DNA of 64,000 bases, from the NCBI GenBank assembly GCA_965277805.1, contig OZ255842.1, positions 320,001 to 384,000 of the forward strand. Reading direction: 5' to 3'. The notes beneath the pieces are model-generated. The model worked only from the letters and a program-made list of their open reading frames with translations. It made no database searches and had not been told where the DNA came from. The translations under genes and the position numbers were made by a program. Positions 1 to 10,308 of the stretch are shown one piece after another; the first letter of the stretch is position 1, and each line of letters begins with the position of its first letter. This DNA is from Candidatus Lustribacter sp. (GTDB taxonomy: Bacteria > Vulcanimicrobiota > Vulcanimicrobiia > Vulcanimicrobiales > Vulcanimicrobiaceae).

Positions 1-10
1 GTTCTAATGT

Positions 11-1453
11 CTAGCAGCATGGGGGCCCGATGGCTGTTGATGAGGGCAGGGCGGAGGCGATGCGGTGTTCGGTGCGGGCTTTTAGGTTTTCGAGGTCGCT
101 GGCGGAGTAGTGTTTGCCGGCGCGGATGACGGCTGAGATTTTGTGCAGGTTTTGGATGCTGGTTATTGGGTTGGCGGAGAGCAGGACGAGGTCGGCGTCT
201 TTGCCGGCGGCGATGCTGCCCATCGTCGATTCGCGGCCGAGGAATGCGGCCACGTTGGACGTCGTCATCTGTAAGACTTCGAGCGGGGTGAGTCCGGCGG
301 CTTCGAGTTGATCGAACTCCTGGTGCAGGCCGGGACCCGGAATGCACCACGCCGCGGCGCCGCCGGAATCCGATCCGGCCAGCATTTTTACGCCGGCCGT
401 TTTGAACGGCCGAACCAGGTTCGCGAGCGCGGCGAACAAGCGCGCCAGCGTTTCGCGCGCCGCCGCCGGCAAGCGCTCCGAAAACTGTTGCGCGATGTCT
501 TCCCACATCTGCCGCAACGGTAGCGGAACGTAACGCAGGTTGACGTCGCTGCGATAGGCTTGGTCGTCGGCGAGCGCCATCGTGCGCACGCGCGTGAGCG
601 TCGGACAATGCCAGGTGCTCGTGGCAACAAAGTGGGCGGCCAAATCGTGCATGCGCTCGTCGCTGTAGGTGTCGATCACGCGCGCATAGCGCGTGAACTC
701 GCTTGGATCGGTGGCCAAGAGCGGGCTGGCGATCGCGCGCATGATCACGTTGACCGGAATCGGTCCTGAAATGCGCGGTCCGGGTGCCGGCTTGTTCAAT
801 ACTTCATGGCGGAGTGCGCTTTCCTCGGTCGAGCAGCCGAGCAGCACGCTGTCTTTCGGCCCGAGATGTTCGATCGAACGCAGACCGGCTTGCGCTGCTT
901 TACGCACGTCGACGGTCGGTGGAAGATGCCCGAGGTACGGCAGGTTCAGCCGCGCGCTCTCTTCGAGCGCGGCGAAGAAGACCTCGGGCGTTACGTCGAT
1001 CACCTTGATGAAGTCGACGCCCTGCGCGTGCTGCGCGCGTACTTCGGCGATGGCCATCTCCGCACTGCGCGCATTGGCGCCGGTGAGGATCTCGCCGCAC
1101 ATCTCGAGCAGCTCCGGCGCGTCGGTGGACGGCATCAGGCGGCCTTCGCGGCGCGCTGCGAGCAGTTCCGGCGTACCGGACATCTGCCGGAAGCCGGTGA
1201 TGCCGTTGGCGAGCATCACAGCGAGCCCGTCTTGCGCGTCGGGCGCGTTCAGCGGGTGCGCATGCGCGTCGTTGTAGCCGGGCACTGCAAACGCGCCGAG
1301 CCCGTCGATCACGCCGTCACCGTCGCCGACATTCGCGGCCGGGGTGATCTTGGCGATCGAACCCTTCTCGATGACGATCGCCATGCCGGGGGAACAGCTG
1401 CCGTCGCTGGTGTCGACGATCGTGACGTCCCGCAGGACGAGATCGGTGCTCAT
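11..1453 (-). CDS. Amidohydrolase-superfamily metallo-hydrolase
   Basis: PGYNDAHAH metal motif, SIEH, AGSD and GKDADLVLL; ends in PPCC. Confidence 0.85.
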   Translation of the reverse strand: MSTDLVLRDVTIVDTSDGSCSPGMAIVIEKGSIAKITPAANVGDGDGVIDGLGAFAVPGYNDAHAHPLNAPDAQDGLAVMLANGITGFRQMSGTPELLAARREGRLMPSTDAPELLEMCGEILTGANARSAEMAIAEVRAQHAQGVDFIKVIDVTPEVFFAALEESARLNLPYLGHLPPTVDVRKAAQAGLRSIEHLGPKDSVLLGCSTEESALRHEVLNKPAPGPRISGPIPVNVIMRAIASPLLATDPSEFTRYARVIDTYSDERMHDLAAHFVATSTWHCPTLTRVRTMALADDQAYRSDVNLRYVPLPLRQMWEDIAQQFSERLPAAARETLARLFAALANLVRPFKTAGVKMLAGSDSGGAAAWCIPGPGLHQEFDQLEAAGLTPLEVLQMTTSNVAAFLGRESTMGSIAAGKDADLVLLSANPITSIQNLHKISAVIRAGKHYSASDLENLKARTEHRIASALPSSTAIGPPCC

Positions 1454-2643
1454 TTTTCGGTCGGGTCCTCCACTGCCGGGTAGGTGGCGATCGTGGTGTT
1501 CTGGAGTTGGCCGTTCACCTTGTCGACGCGCCGGATGTAGATCGGCTGGATGAGGTCGCGCGTTTGCGGATCGATCTGGATCGGGCCGCGCGCGCTGTCC
1601 AGTTTCATGCCGCGCAGCAAGGTCATCGTTTTGTCCGGATCGATGCCGGCGGGTTGCGCCGCCGCGACTTTATACGCAGCCTGCAGCGTGTCGTAGATCG
1701 CGACCGTATAGAAGTCCGGATACTCGACCGCGGCGTCGGCCGCGTGCATGTCGTGGGTGAGCTTCTTGTTCATCGGCACGTCGAGGGTCGGTGAATAATT
1801 CATCGCGGTGTAGACCCCGAGCGCGCTGTCACCTTCGTCGGGGAAGAACTTCTCGAGCGTGAGATCGCCGGTCGCGAGCAGCTTGATGCCGCTCTTCGCG
1901 CCGCCTGCGCTCTGCCACGACTTGAGGAATTGCCGTCCGGTCACGGTGAGAAAGAGAAATACCGCTTGCGGCTTAGCGTCGCGCACGCGCTGCACGTAGG
2001 CGGACATGTCGGTCACGCCCAGCGGTACGTGCACCTCGCCGTCGATCGTTCCGCCTTTGGCGGTGAACGCGTCGCGAAAGGTCTTCGCCGCATCAAGGCC
2101 CGGGCCGAAGTCCAAGACCACGATGTACGCGTTCTTGATCTTTTGCTTCGACGCCCAGTCAGCCAGGGGATACGTGACTTGGCCTGTCGTGAAGCTGAAG
2201 CGCGCGAAGTACGGGTTCGGCTCGAGAATGCCGTAGCCGCCGGCGTTGATCAGCAGCGTCGGTTTCTTCGATTGCGTCGAGACCGGTCCGACCGCAGCGG
2301 CGTTCGGCGAGAGCGTGAGGCCGAGCAACAGCTCGACCTTGTCGTTGATAATCAGTTCTTGCGCCAAGCGCCGCGAATTCTCGGGCGAGAGACCGCCATC
2401 GTCCTTGCGCACGAGCTCGACTTTGCGTCCGCCGACCGTGTCGCCGTGTTCTTTGAAGAACGCGCTGATCGCCGCTTCGGCCGGTGCGGCTTCGTCGGCG
2501 TACGGACCCGAGAACGTACCGAGAAAGCCGATCTTCAGCGGCGGCAGATCGGCCGTGGCCGTGCGCGACACCGCGAACGTGAAAGACGCGCAAGCGGCGA
2601 GGGTGAGCAGCGCTGCGCGCGCGAGTGCCGGCGGACGGATCAT
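1450..2643 (-). CDS. LivK-type ABC substrate-binding protein (aromatic-acid type)
   Basis: Signal peptide, KIGFLGTFSGPYA and GGRKVELVRKDD motifs; 4-nt overlap with downstream gene. Confidence 0.85.
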   Translation of the reverse strand: MIRPPALARAALLTLAACASFTFAVSRTATADLPPLKIGFLGTFSGPYADEAAPAEAAISAFFKEHGDTVGGRKVELVRKDDGGLSPENSRRLAQELIINDKVELLLGLTLSPNAAAVGPVSTQSKKPTLLINAGGYGILEPNPYFARFSFTTGQVTYPLADWASKQKIKNAYIVVLDFGPGLDAAKTFRDAFTAKGGTIDGEVHVPLGVTDMSAYVQRVRDAKPQAVFLFLTVTGRQFLKSWQSAGGAKSGIKLLATGDLTLEKFFPDEGDSALGVYTAMNYSPTLDVPMNKKLTHDMHAADAAVEYPDFYTVAIYDTLQAAYKVAAAQPAGIDPDKTMTLLRGMKLDSARGPIQIDPQTRDLIQPIYIRRVDKVNGQLQNTTIATYPAVEDPTEK

Positions 2644-2656
2644 GGGGCCTCTTTTT

Positions 2657-4192
2657 TCACGCCATGCAGCAAGCGCATAGCGGCAGTGCGTTGGGTGCCG
2701 AAGCGAGTCCGGCGGCGACGCGGGTGGCAGTTTGTTCTTTCATCGCGGCGAGCGTGTCGCTCGAATAGAACGTGCCGGCGCGCACGACGGCGGAAATGCG
2801 GTGCAGTGCCGCGACGCTCGCGACCGGGTTCGCATCGAGCAGCACGAGATCGGCGTTCTTGCCCTCTGCGACGCTGCCCATCGTGGCTTCGCGACCGAGG
2901 AATTTGGCGCCGTTGAGCGTCGTCATCTGCAGCACGGCGAGCGGTGAAAGCCCGGCTTGCGCGAGCAGATCGAACTCGTGATGCAGGGCGAAGCCGGGAG
3001 TGACGAATCCGCCGCCCGAGTCCGACCCGGCCATCATCTGCGCGCCCGCATCGTGGAACGGTTTCACGAGCGTCGCCTGCAATGCGTAGAGGTTCCGGAG
3101 CGTAGTCCGTGCGCTGGGCGGAATCGTGGCCGCGAACTGGCGCGAGACGTCCTCCCACATGGCGACCGTCGCTTGCGGCACGTAGCGCAGGTTCGGATCG
3201 TTGCGGTAGAGCGGATCGTCGCCGATCTCCATCGTTCGAACGCGAATCAGGGTCGGCACTTGCCACGTTCCGGCGGCGACGAAGTGCGCCGCGAGATCGT
3301 CGCGCCGCGCCGTGCTGAACGTGTCGATCACGCGCTGGAAGCGAACGAAATCGGCCGGATCCGTGCCGACGACCGGGTTCGCAAGCCCGCGCTTGATGTC
3401 GGCTTCGGTAGGTGGCGCAGCCGGCGGCGGCTTGGGCGGCGCTTGCGCCATGATCGCGCGCAGTGCGGCTTCATCGGACGAGCAGCCGAGCAAGATGCTG
3501 TCGCGCGGGCCCATGTGCTCGATCGAAGCCATGCCCGCCGTCACCGCGTCGCGCACGTTGACGCTCGGCGAGAGATGGCCCAGGAAACGCAGGTTCAGCC
3601 GCGTGCTCTCTTTGAGCGCGGCGAAGAACACGTCGGGGCGGGTATCGATGACTTTGATGAAATCGGCCCCGAGCGCTTTTTGTTTCTGCACTTCGGCGAC
3701 GGCGATTTCGGGCGTGCGCGCGTTCGGTCCGGCGAGCGTGGTACTTGCAAGCTGCAGCAGTTCCGGTACGTCGGTCCACGTCATCAGCGTGCCGTTCGCG
3801 CGCGCGACGAGGGTCGCGGGCTGCGAGGCCATCTCACGCCAGCCCGTAATGCCGTTGGCGAGCATCAGCGTGAGGCTGCCCTGGGGATCGCTCGAACTCA
3901 ACGGATGCGCGTGGTAGTCGTTGAAGCCCGGCACGACGAACTTGCCGCGCGCGTTCACGGTACGCGAGTTCGCGGCGGAGATGCTCCCGGCGGGTCCGAT
4001 CTTCACGATCTTTCCGCCGTCGACGAGCAGCGCCATGTTCGGGCTCAGCGTGCCGTCGTGCGTATCGACGATCGTGACGCCGTTGAGGATCAGCCGCTGT
4101 TTCGCAGCGGTCTGCGCACCGGCGCGGCTACCGGCGGCGATCAGGCTGCCGGCAGCGCCGGTGCCGAGGACCAAAGCACGACGACGATTCAT
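2657..4192 (-). CDS. Amidohydrolase with probable Tat signal, paralog of 11..1453
   Basis: MNRRRALV N-terminus, PGFNDYHAH, GKNADLVLL; ends in LCACCMA. Confidence 0.85.
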   Translation of the reverse strand: MNRRRALVLGTGAAGSLIAAGSRAGAQTAAKQRLILNGVTIVDTHDGTLSPNMALLVDGGKIVKIGPAGSISAANSRTVNARGKFVVPGFNDYHAHPLSSSDPQGSLTLMLANGITGWREMASQPATLVARANGTLMTWTDVPELLQLASTTLAGPNARTPEIAVAEVQKQKALGADFIKVIDTRPDVFFAALKESTRLNLRFLGHLSPSVNVRDAVTAGMASIEHMGPRDSILLGCSSDEAALRAIMAQAPPKPPPAAPPTEADIKRGLANPVVGTDPADFVRFQRVIDTFSTARRDDLAAHFVAAGTWQVPTLIRVRTMEIGDDPLYRNDPNLRYVPQATVAMWEDVSRQFAATIPPSARTTLRNLYALQATLVKPFHDAGAQMMAGSDSGGGFVTPGFALHHEFDLLAQAGLSPLAVLQMTTLNGAKFLGREATMGSVAEGKNADLVLLDANPVASVAALHRISAVVRAGTFYSSDTLAAMKEQTATRVAAGLASAPNALPLCACCMA

Positions 4193-4193
4193 G

Positions 4194-4843
4194 TTAGGAA
4201 AACCCCTCGCTCATGTCGCTGCCGGCAAGCCACGCGCTGCCGCGTGCGTAGAGCCGTTCCACGGCCGCTCCCAGTCTGCCGGGCATATCCATGCTCACGG
4301 TCATCCCGGCCTGTGTCTGGAGGTAGGCGAGGTGGCGATAGCCCTCAGGAAAAGCGGCTAGCTTCGTGCGATCGATGGCCGGGAGCCGGCCCGCATCGAC
4401 CGCGTCGGCGCGATCCTTTTCGTAGATGGGCTGGCGGAACACGAGGCCCCAGCGTCCGGAGCGCCGTTCGAGGAAATCGTAGAAGCGGCCGGTGCAAACG
4501 ACGTCGCAGAGAACGCCCTCGAGCAGGCCGCGCTGCGCGATCGTCATTTTGGTCTGCGAGATCGCCCGGTCGCCGGCCAGATCGATGCTCTGGCCGCCGA
4601 GGAAGTGGATGACGTTGAGCCCCTTCGCCTGCGCGGCGCGCGACGCCGCGATGAACTGATCAACCGGTGCCTGCGTCCAGGTTGCGCTCATCCGGCCGTC
4701 GTCGTGCCAGAGCGTGCGAAAACGTTCCCAGTCGCCCGAGTCGCGCCAAATCACCCAGTTTTCTACCAGGTCGCGAATGGCCGCGCGGTCGCAAGCCTCG
4801 CAGGGGCTCGTGCTGCAGTGTGATGAAATAGTATGGTACTCAT
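4194..4843 (-). CDS. SnoaL/NTF2-like protein with a probable 1-nt frameshift near its 5' end
   Basis: Family-like sequence DRAAIRDLVENWVIWRD extends upstream of the GTG at 4754; the only nearby ATG (4843) is one base out of frame. Confidence 0.65.
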
Positions 4844-4851
4844 ACTATTTC
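4825..4851. promoter_or_regulatory. Perfect AT-rich palindrome, probable MarR operator
   Basis: GAAATAGTATG-gtact-CATACTATTTC (11-5-11) at the head of the minus-strand operon, beside a MarR gene. Confidence 0.7.
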
Positions 4852-4886
4852 CATGCGCTTCCCGTCAAGGCACGCGCCTGGTCTGA

Positions 4887-5474
4887 CTAGCGCGTCAACG
4901 CGCGCGCGGTGATCTTTTCGCGCAACGCGATGAGATCGGCGCGCATGCTCTCGTAGCGTTTGGCCCCGAGCAGATCGGCGAAGTCGGCTTCGATGCGTTT
5001 GGCGGCGCGCCGGGTGACGGCCATGAATTCGCGTCCGCGTTTGGAGTAGCTAACGATCTTCGCGCGGCCGTCGGCGGGATCGCGCGTCAGCTCGACCAGG
5101 CCGAGGCGAACGCAATCCTCGACCAGTTGGCCCATCGCGCCTTTCGTGACCCCGGCGCGCGCCGCGAGATCGATGATGCGCGTGCCCTTCGGCACGTCGA
5201 TATGGCGCATCACGTTGAGGTGCACTTGCCGTACGTCCTCGAAGCCGGCGGCGTGGTGCCCGTCGAGCATCCGCGCCTCGAACGCGTGGAAAACGAACAA
5301 CAGCAAACGGCCGAGATTATAGTGGCGCCACGCGAGCATCGCATCGGGATCGAGGCCTTCGAAACGTTCCGGATCGACGCCGCTGCTGATCCGCAGCACG
5401 CGTTTGGTGTCGACCGAACGCGCACTGACGGATCGGTGCCGGGTCGCGGTTGCACCGCTCGCAGTTTTGGCCAT
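4887..5474 (-). CDS. MarR-family transcriptional regulator
   Basis: wHTH DLAARAGVTKGAMGQLV and DPADGRAK motif; start taken as the ATG at 5474. Confidence 0.85.
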   Translation of the reverse strand: MAKTASGATATRHRSVSARSVDTKRVLRISSGVDPERFEGLDPDAMLAWRHYNLGRLLLFVFHAFEARMLDGHHAAGFEDVRQVHLNVMRHIDVPKGTRIIDLAARAGVTKGAMGQLVEDCVRLGLVELTRDPADGRAKIVSYSKRGREFMAVTRRAAKRIEADFADLLGAKRYESMRADLIALREKITARALTR

Positions 5475-5547
5475 GCGCGTTCGTTCGCCAAAACGGCGCA
5501 AGTCCGTCCTTGACGGGACGGCCCAGGTAGTATATGAACTGGACCAT

Positions 5548-6396
5548 ATGAAACTTCTACGCTGCGGCGACCCCGGCAAAGAGCGGCCTGCGATCCTCGA
5601 TGCCGGCGGTGCGATACGCGACCTCGCCGGTCACGTTCCCGACATCAACGGAGCGGCGCTCGGCGATGTCGGGCTCGCGGCCCTGCGCAAGATCGACCTG
5701 CAATTGCTGCCGGTCATTCCTGCCGGCACGCGCATCGGACCGTGCGTCGGCAACGTCGGCAAGTACGTGTGCATCGGCTTGAACTACGCGGACCACGCGG
5801 CCGAAGCGGGCATGACCCTGCCCAAAGAGCCGACCATTTTCATGAAGGCAACGTCGTCGATCATCGGGCCGAACGACAACGTCGTTTTGCCGAAGGGCGC
5901 GACGCAGGGTGATTGGGAAGTCGAGCTTGGGTTCGTGATCGGGCGCAAGGCGTCGTACGTCGACGAAGCAGAGGCACTCGACTACGTGGCCGGATACTTC
6001 GTCGCAAACGATGTGTCCGAGCGCGACTTCCAAATGAACCACGGCGGACAGTGGACGAAGGGCAAGAGCTGCGATACGTTCGGACCGATCGGTCCGTGGC
6101 TCGTGACGCGCGACGAAGTTCCCGATCCGCAAAAGCTCAATCTGAAACTGTCGGTCAACGGTGCGGTGATGCAGTCGAGTTCGACCGCGCAAATGGTGTT
6201 CGGGGTCGCGAAGATCGTCAGTCACCTGAGCCGATTCATGAGCTTGTATCCCGGCGATATCGTCGCGACCGGAACGCCGTCGGGTGTTGGTTTAGGCCGC
6301 AAGCCGCAAGTGTTTTTGAAAGCCGGCGACCGCATGACCGTCAGCGTCGATGGATTGGGCGAACAGAATCAACTCGTTGTCGCACGCGAAGAATAA
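5548..6396 (+). CDS. Fumarylacetoacetate hydrolase (FAH) family protein
   Basis: CIGLNYADH, DWEVEL, NDVSERD, GKSCDTFGP, TGTPSGVG; start MKLLR at 5548. Confidence 0.92.
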   Translation: MKLLRCGDPGKERPAILDAGGAIRDLAGHVPDINGAALGDVGLAALRKIDLQLLPVIPAGTRIGPCVGNVGKYVCIGLNYADHAAEAGMTLPKEPTIFMKATSSIIGPNDNVVLPKGATQGDWEVELGFVIGRKASYVDEAEALDYVAGYFVANDVSERDFQMNHGGQWTKGKSCDTFGPIGPWLVTRDEVPDPQKLNLKLSVNGAVMQSSSTAQMVFGVAKIVSHLSRFMSLYPGDIVATGTPSGVGLGRKPQVFLKAGDRMTVSVDGLGEQNQLVVAREE

Positions 6397-6546
6397 TGCG
6401 CGTGCAACCCAGCGGGCGAGCGCAGGCCCGCGCATTGCAACTTCGTTAGAGAGTGGACCGAGCGGCACCGATCAAATCGGGTCGTCGTTGTTCTTCAAAG
6501 ACGCGGAAACGCGGGACCGGCCACTCGGGCCGGATGAGGAGCAACC

Positions 6547-6876
6547 ATGAACACATTGATCAAGAACATCGTCATCGGCGCCACCGGGCTCGTGCTCGCA
6601 GCCGCTCCGTTGGCCGCTAGCGCCCAGGGCTATCACGACCAGGGCCGCGACCAGCGCGGCGCTACCTACCAGCGCGGCAGTTCGGACCAGCGCGGCAATT
6701 ATGATCATCGCGATAACCGCGGCGGCTACGGGCGACCGGAGTACCGGTCGGGATATCAGCCGGCCTACGTCAACGGCTACTTCGGCTGGGCTCCGGGCGG
6801 TTTCCAGGGCTACTACTGGAACGGTGGCTGGTATCATCACCGTCGCTGGAACGGAGGCGTGTGGATCTACTTCTAA
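6547..6876 (+). CDS. Small secreted Gly/Tyr/Trp/Arg-rich protein
   Basis: SD GAGGAG, signal peptide ending ASA-Q, aromatic-rich C-terminus. Confidence 0.75.
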   Translation: MNTLIKNIVIGATGLVLAAAPLAASAQGYHDQGRDQRGATYQRGSSDQRGNYDHRDNRGGYGRPEYRSGYQPAYVNGYFGWAPGGFQGYYWNGGWYHHRRWNGGVWIYF

Positions 6877-6906
6877 GACACGGACTACGAGTGGGTGCGG
6901 CCGGCA

Positions 6907-7544
6907 TGCTCGCGATGCTGCTGGCCACCACGGCACGGGCGCAGGTTGACCTGCGCCCGTCCGTCGTCGAAGTGGAGTGGAATACGCCGGCCGGATACGA
7001 ACGCTGCGCTGCCGTCATCACGGCGCGCCGTCCGCGGGGGCTCGAGGTGTGGACGGCCGGACACTGCGCCGATCACCCGTTTTCGATCGTCCGCTTTTTC
7101 AACGGCTATACGATGTACGGCTCGAGCGTTCGCGTCCTCGCGCACAGCGAGAACGTTGATGCGGCGCAGCTGTTCCTGAACCTCGATGCGGCGCGCGTGA
7201 GGGCTGCCCAACCCGCCGTACGCGCGCGCTCGATTCCGCCGCTCGGCACTACTGTCACGATCATCGGCCATCCGGTGTCGGCCTTACGCGGACCGAACCA
7301 GGGACGCTGGACCGTCACCTACGGGCGCATGGGCGAGACCGAACCCGACCAGCAAAGCGGTGCGCTGGAGTACGAAGTCTATTGCGGCCGCTGCGGTCCC
7401 GGCGACTCGGGTAGCGGCGTGTTCGACGCGAACGGGCACCTTCTCGGCCTTGTCTACGGCGTGACGGAGATCGATAACGTCGCCGGCGGCCGCCTCCCGG
7501 ACGGCCTCTACGCCGACGTCATCGCCGCCGGGGCGCTCCGCTAG
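6907..7544 (+). CDS. Trypsin-like (S1) serine protease, probably secreted; start uncertain (6861 or 6907)
   Basis: TAGHC and GDSGSG catalytic motifs. Confidence 0.8.
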
Positions 7545-7581
7545 CGGGCTAATCTAGCAATTCACGGGAACTGCCCAGATA

Positions 7582-8868
7582 GTGCCTGCGCTTTCCATTT
7601 TCGACGCCCAAATCTTCGCCAGCTTACGACGCCACCGCAACTACCGGCTCTATTTCTCCGGGCAGCTCGTTTCGCAGATCGGGACGTGGCTGCAGAACGC
7701 AGCGCAGGCCTGGCTCGTCCTCGGTATCACGAATTCGCCCGAAGCGGTCGGCGTGCTGAGCTTCTTCCTATATCTGCCGTACGCGATCTTGGGCCTGATC
7801 GGCGGCGCGCTGGCCGACCGCTGGGATCGCCAGCGCATGATCATCATCACGCAGACGCTGATGGCGCTGTGCGCCGCGGCCCTGGCCGTCGTCGCCTACT
7901 TGCACGTCGACAGCATCGCGGTCATCGATACGATCGCGTTCGTGCGCGGCACGGTAATGGCATTCAACAACCCGACCCGCCAAGCGATCATGATCCAACT
8001 CGTCGGCCGTTCCGAGCTGCCCAATGCGATCGCGCTCAACTCGAGCTTGAACAACGCGACGCGCATCATCGGCCCGGCGATCGCGGGCGTCCTGATCTCC
8101 TCGGTCGGCGTGGGCCTCTGCTTCGCGCTCAACGCGGTCAGCTTCGTCGCGGTCATCTTCGCGCTCATGATCATGCGGCGCGATGAGTTCTTCCCGACCG
8201 GCAGCAACACGCGCACGCCGCTGATCAAGTCGATCAAGGACGGCCTCGTCTACGCGCGCCGCACGAAGACCGTTGCGGTCGTGTTGACGATGCTGTTCGT
8301 CATCTCGACCGTCAGCATCAACTTCCAAGTCATTCTGCCGGTCATGGCCAAAAACACGCTGCACGGAACCGCGCAAACGTACGGCTTCATCTGGTCGATG
8401 TTCGGCCTCGGCGCGTTCATCGGCGCCGTCTCCGCCGCTTCGCGCAAACGCGTGTCGCGCCGGCTGCTGCTCTGGGCCGCCGCCGGCTTCGGCCTCGCGC
8501 AACTCGTCGTCGCGACGCAGAACACGGTGGTCGGCGTTTCGATCGCGCTGTTCGTCACCGGCATCTGCTATTCGATCTACACGTCGAGTTCGAATTCGAT
8601 CGTGCAGCTCGCGGTCCCGATGCACTTGCAAGGCCGCATCGCCGGCCTCTACAACTACGTCTTTCTCGCCTCGGGCCCGCTCGGCTCGCTACTAGCCGGT
8701 TGGTTGGCCGAACGAGGCGCGCCGCTAGCGTTCATCGCCGGCGGCGTAGCCGCGGTCGTGATGGCGTTTTTCGGTTATACGCAGCGTCCGTGGCCGATGC
8801 CGACCGGTACGCATCGCCCGCGCCGCCGGCGCCGTAACCAAATCGCGAGTGTGACGCAGCGCGCATAA
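7582..8868 (+). CDS. MFS transporter (DHA3/EntS-like)
   Basis: GQLVSQIGTWLQ, GGALADRWDR, multiple TM helices. Confidence 0.9.
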   Translation: MPALSIFDAQIFASLRRHRNYRLYFSGQLVSQIGTWLQNAAQAWLVLGITNSPEAVGVLSFFLYLPYAILGLIGGALADRWDRQRMIIITQTLMALCAAALAVVAYLHVDSIAVIDTIAFVRGTVMAFNNPTRQAIMIQLVGRSELPNAIALNSSLNNATRIIGPAIAGVLISSVGVGLCFALNAVSFVAVIFALMIMRRDEFFPTGSNTRTPLIKSIKDGLVYARRTKTVAVVLTMLFVISTVSINFQVILPVMAKNTLHGTAQTYGFIWSMFGLGAFIGAVSAASRKRVSRRLLLWAAAGFGLAQLVVATQNTVVGVSIALFVTGICYSIYTSSSNSIVQLAVPMHLQGRIAGLYNYVFLASGPLGSLLAGWLAERGAPLAFIAGGVAAVVMAFFGYTQRPWPMPTGTHRPRRRRRNQIASVTQRA

Positions 8869-8922
8869 CCGCGGCGACCGGCGATCGAGCGCAAAATGGA
8901 GGCCGACGTCCGCATCTAACGT

Positions 8923-10302
8923 ATGTGGGGCGTGATGCCCGGTACGATTTCCGAACCGCTTGATTTTGCGCCGACCGGCGCAGCGCTCGCGGCGGCGATC
9001 GGCGAGCTCGAAGAGCTCGGTGCTCGCGGCGGTGGAGCCGTCGATGCACGTGTGCGCGAAAAAGCGCTGCACGCGTTCCTCAACGCGCGGCGCAGAGCGA
9101 TGCCCAAACAGTGGCGCCATGATTACTCCGCGCTGGACTTTGCGGGACTCGAATGGTCGAGCGGCCGCGCGCGCGTGCCGGTGTTGCCGCGCTTCACCGG
9201 GGCCGCCGGCGATGACGCCGGTGACGTGCCGGCGCTCGCCCTCGAGAATGCCGGCGGCCTCGTGCATCTCGGCAGCGCGTATCTCGAACCGGATGAGACG
9301 GCGGGCGATCCGCGCGTCACGCTGCTCGCGCTTGCGGATGCGCGGCGCACGCGACGCGAGCAAGTGGACGCGGTTCACCTCCGCATCGTGTCGCCGGTTG
9401 CCGATCGCTTCACCGCGCTCTCCACGGCATTTCAGAACTGCGGCGCGTACGTCGACGTGCCCGACGGCGTGATCGTGGAAGCGCCGCTGCAGCTGGTGTG
9501 GACGTCGCGGCCGGGCGCGCCGGACGCGGTGTTTCCGCATACCGTCATTCGCGTCGGCGCGGGCGCGCGCGTGACGATCGTCGAGCGTCACATCGGCAGC
9601 ACTGAAGCGCTGATCGCCGGAATCGCGGAAGCCGATCTCGGGCCCGGGGCACGGCTCGATTACGTTGCGATTCAGCAGACCGACGAGGGCGCGCGCATCT
9701 TCATGCACCGCCGCGCGCGCTGTGCGGCCGGCGCAACCATCGCTTGGCACGTCGCCGAGCTGGGCGGCGCGCTCGTGCGCAGCGTCTGCGGCGCGCAACT
9801 CGCCGGTGCGCGCGCGACGGCCGAAACGAACGCGTTTTTCTTCGCCCGCGGTTTCACGCACGTCGACGCCGTCGTCAACGCCGATCACGACGCATCACGG
9901 ACGGAGTCGCGCACGACCGTGCGCAGTGCGGCGGCCGATCGCAGCCGCGGACGCTTTTCCGGCGCGTTGCGCTTCGCCCCGAATGCGACGCGCTGCATCG
10001 CAGCGATGCGCGACGACGGCTTGATCCTCTCGCGCGACGCGTACCTCGACGCCGCGCCTGTGCTGGCGGTTCCGGCCCATCATGTCTGGGCGTCGCACGC
10101 GTCGAACGTCGGATCGCTGGATGAAGAAGAACTGTTCTACGTGCAAACGCGCGGCATCACGCGCCCGATTGCCGAGCGAATGATGTCGCTCGCGTTCTTC
10201 GAACCGGCCATCGCGCGCTTTCCGACCGATGCGATCCGCGACGAAGTGCGGACCGCCCTCGATGCGCGCCTCGACGAAATTCCCGATACTTTCGAGCAGT
10301 AG
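8923..10302 (+). CDS. SufD-like Fe-S assembly protein (divergent, stand-alone)
   Basis: C-terminal SHASNVGSLDEEELFYVQTRGI resembles SufD. Confidence 0.75.
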   Translation: MWGVMPGTISEPLDFAPTGAALAAAIGELEELGARGGGAVDARVREKALHAFLNARRRAMPKQWRHDYSALDFAGLEWSSGRARVPVLPRFTGAAGDDAGDVPALALENAGGLVHLGSAYLEPDETAGDPRVTLLALADARRTRREQVDAVHLRIVSPVADRFTALSTAFQNCGAYVDVPDGVIVEAPLQLVWTSRPGAPDAVFPHTVIRVGAGARVTIVERHIGSTEALIAGIAEADLGPGARLDYVAIQQTDEGARIFMHRRARCAAGATIAWHVAELGGALVRSVCGAQLAGARATAETNAFFFARGFTHVDAVVNADHDASRTESRTTVRSAAADRSRGRFSGALRFAPNATRCIAAMRDDGLILSRDAYLDAAPVLAVPAHHVWASHASNVGSLDEEELFYVQTRGITRPIAERMMSLAFFEPAIARFPTDAIRDEVRTALDARLDEIPDTFEQ

Positions 10303-10308
10303 CGCCGT

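Noticed and set aside
6628-6730. Short GACCAG-based repeats as a possible CRISPR or tandem array
   Set aside because: In-frame low-complexity coding repeats (DQRG); no spacers and no cas genes.
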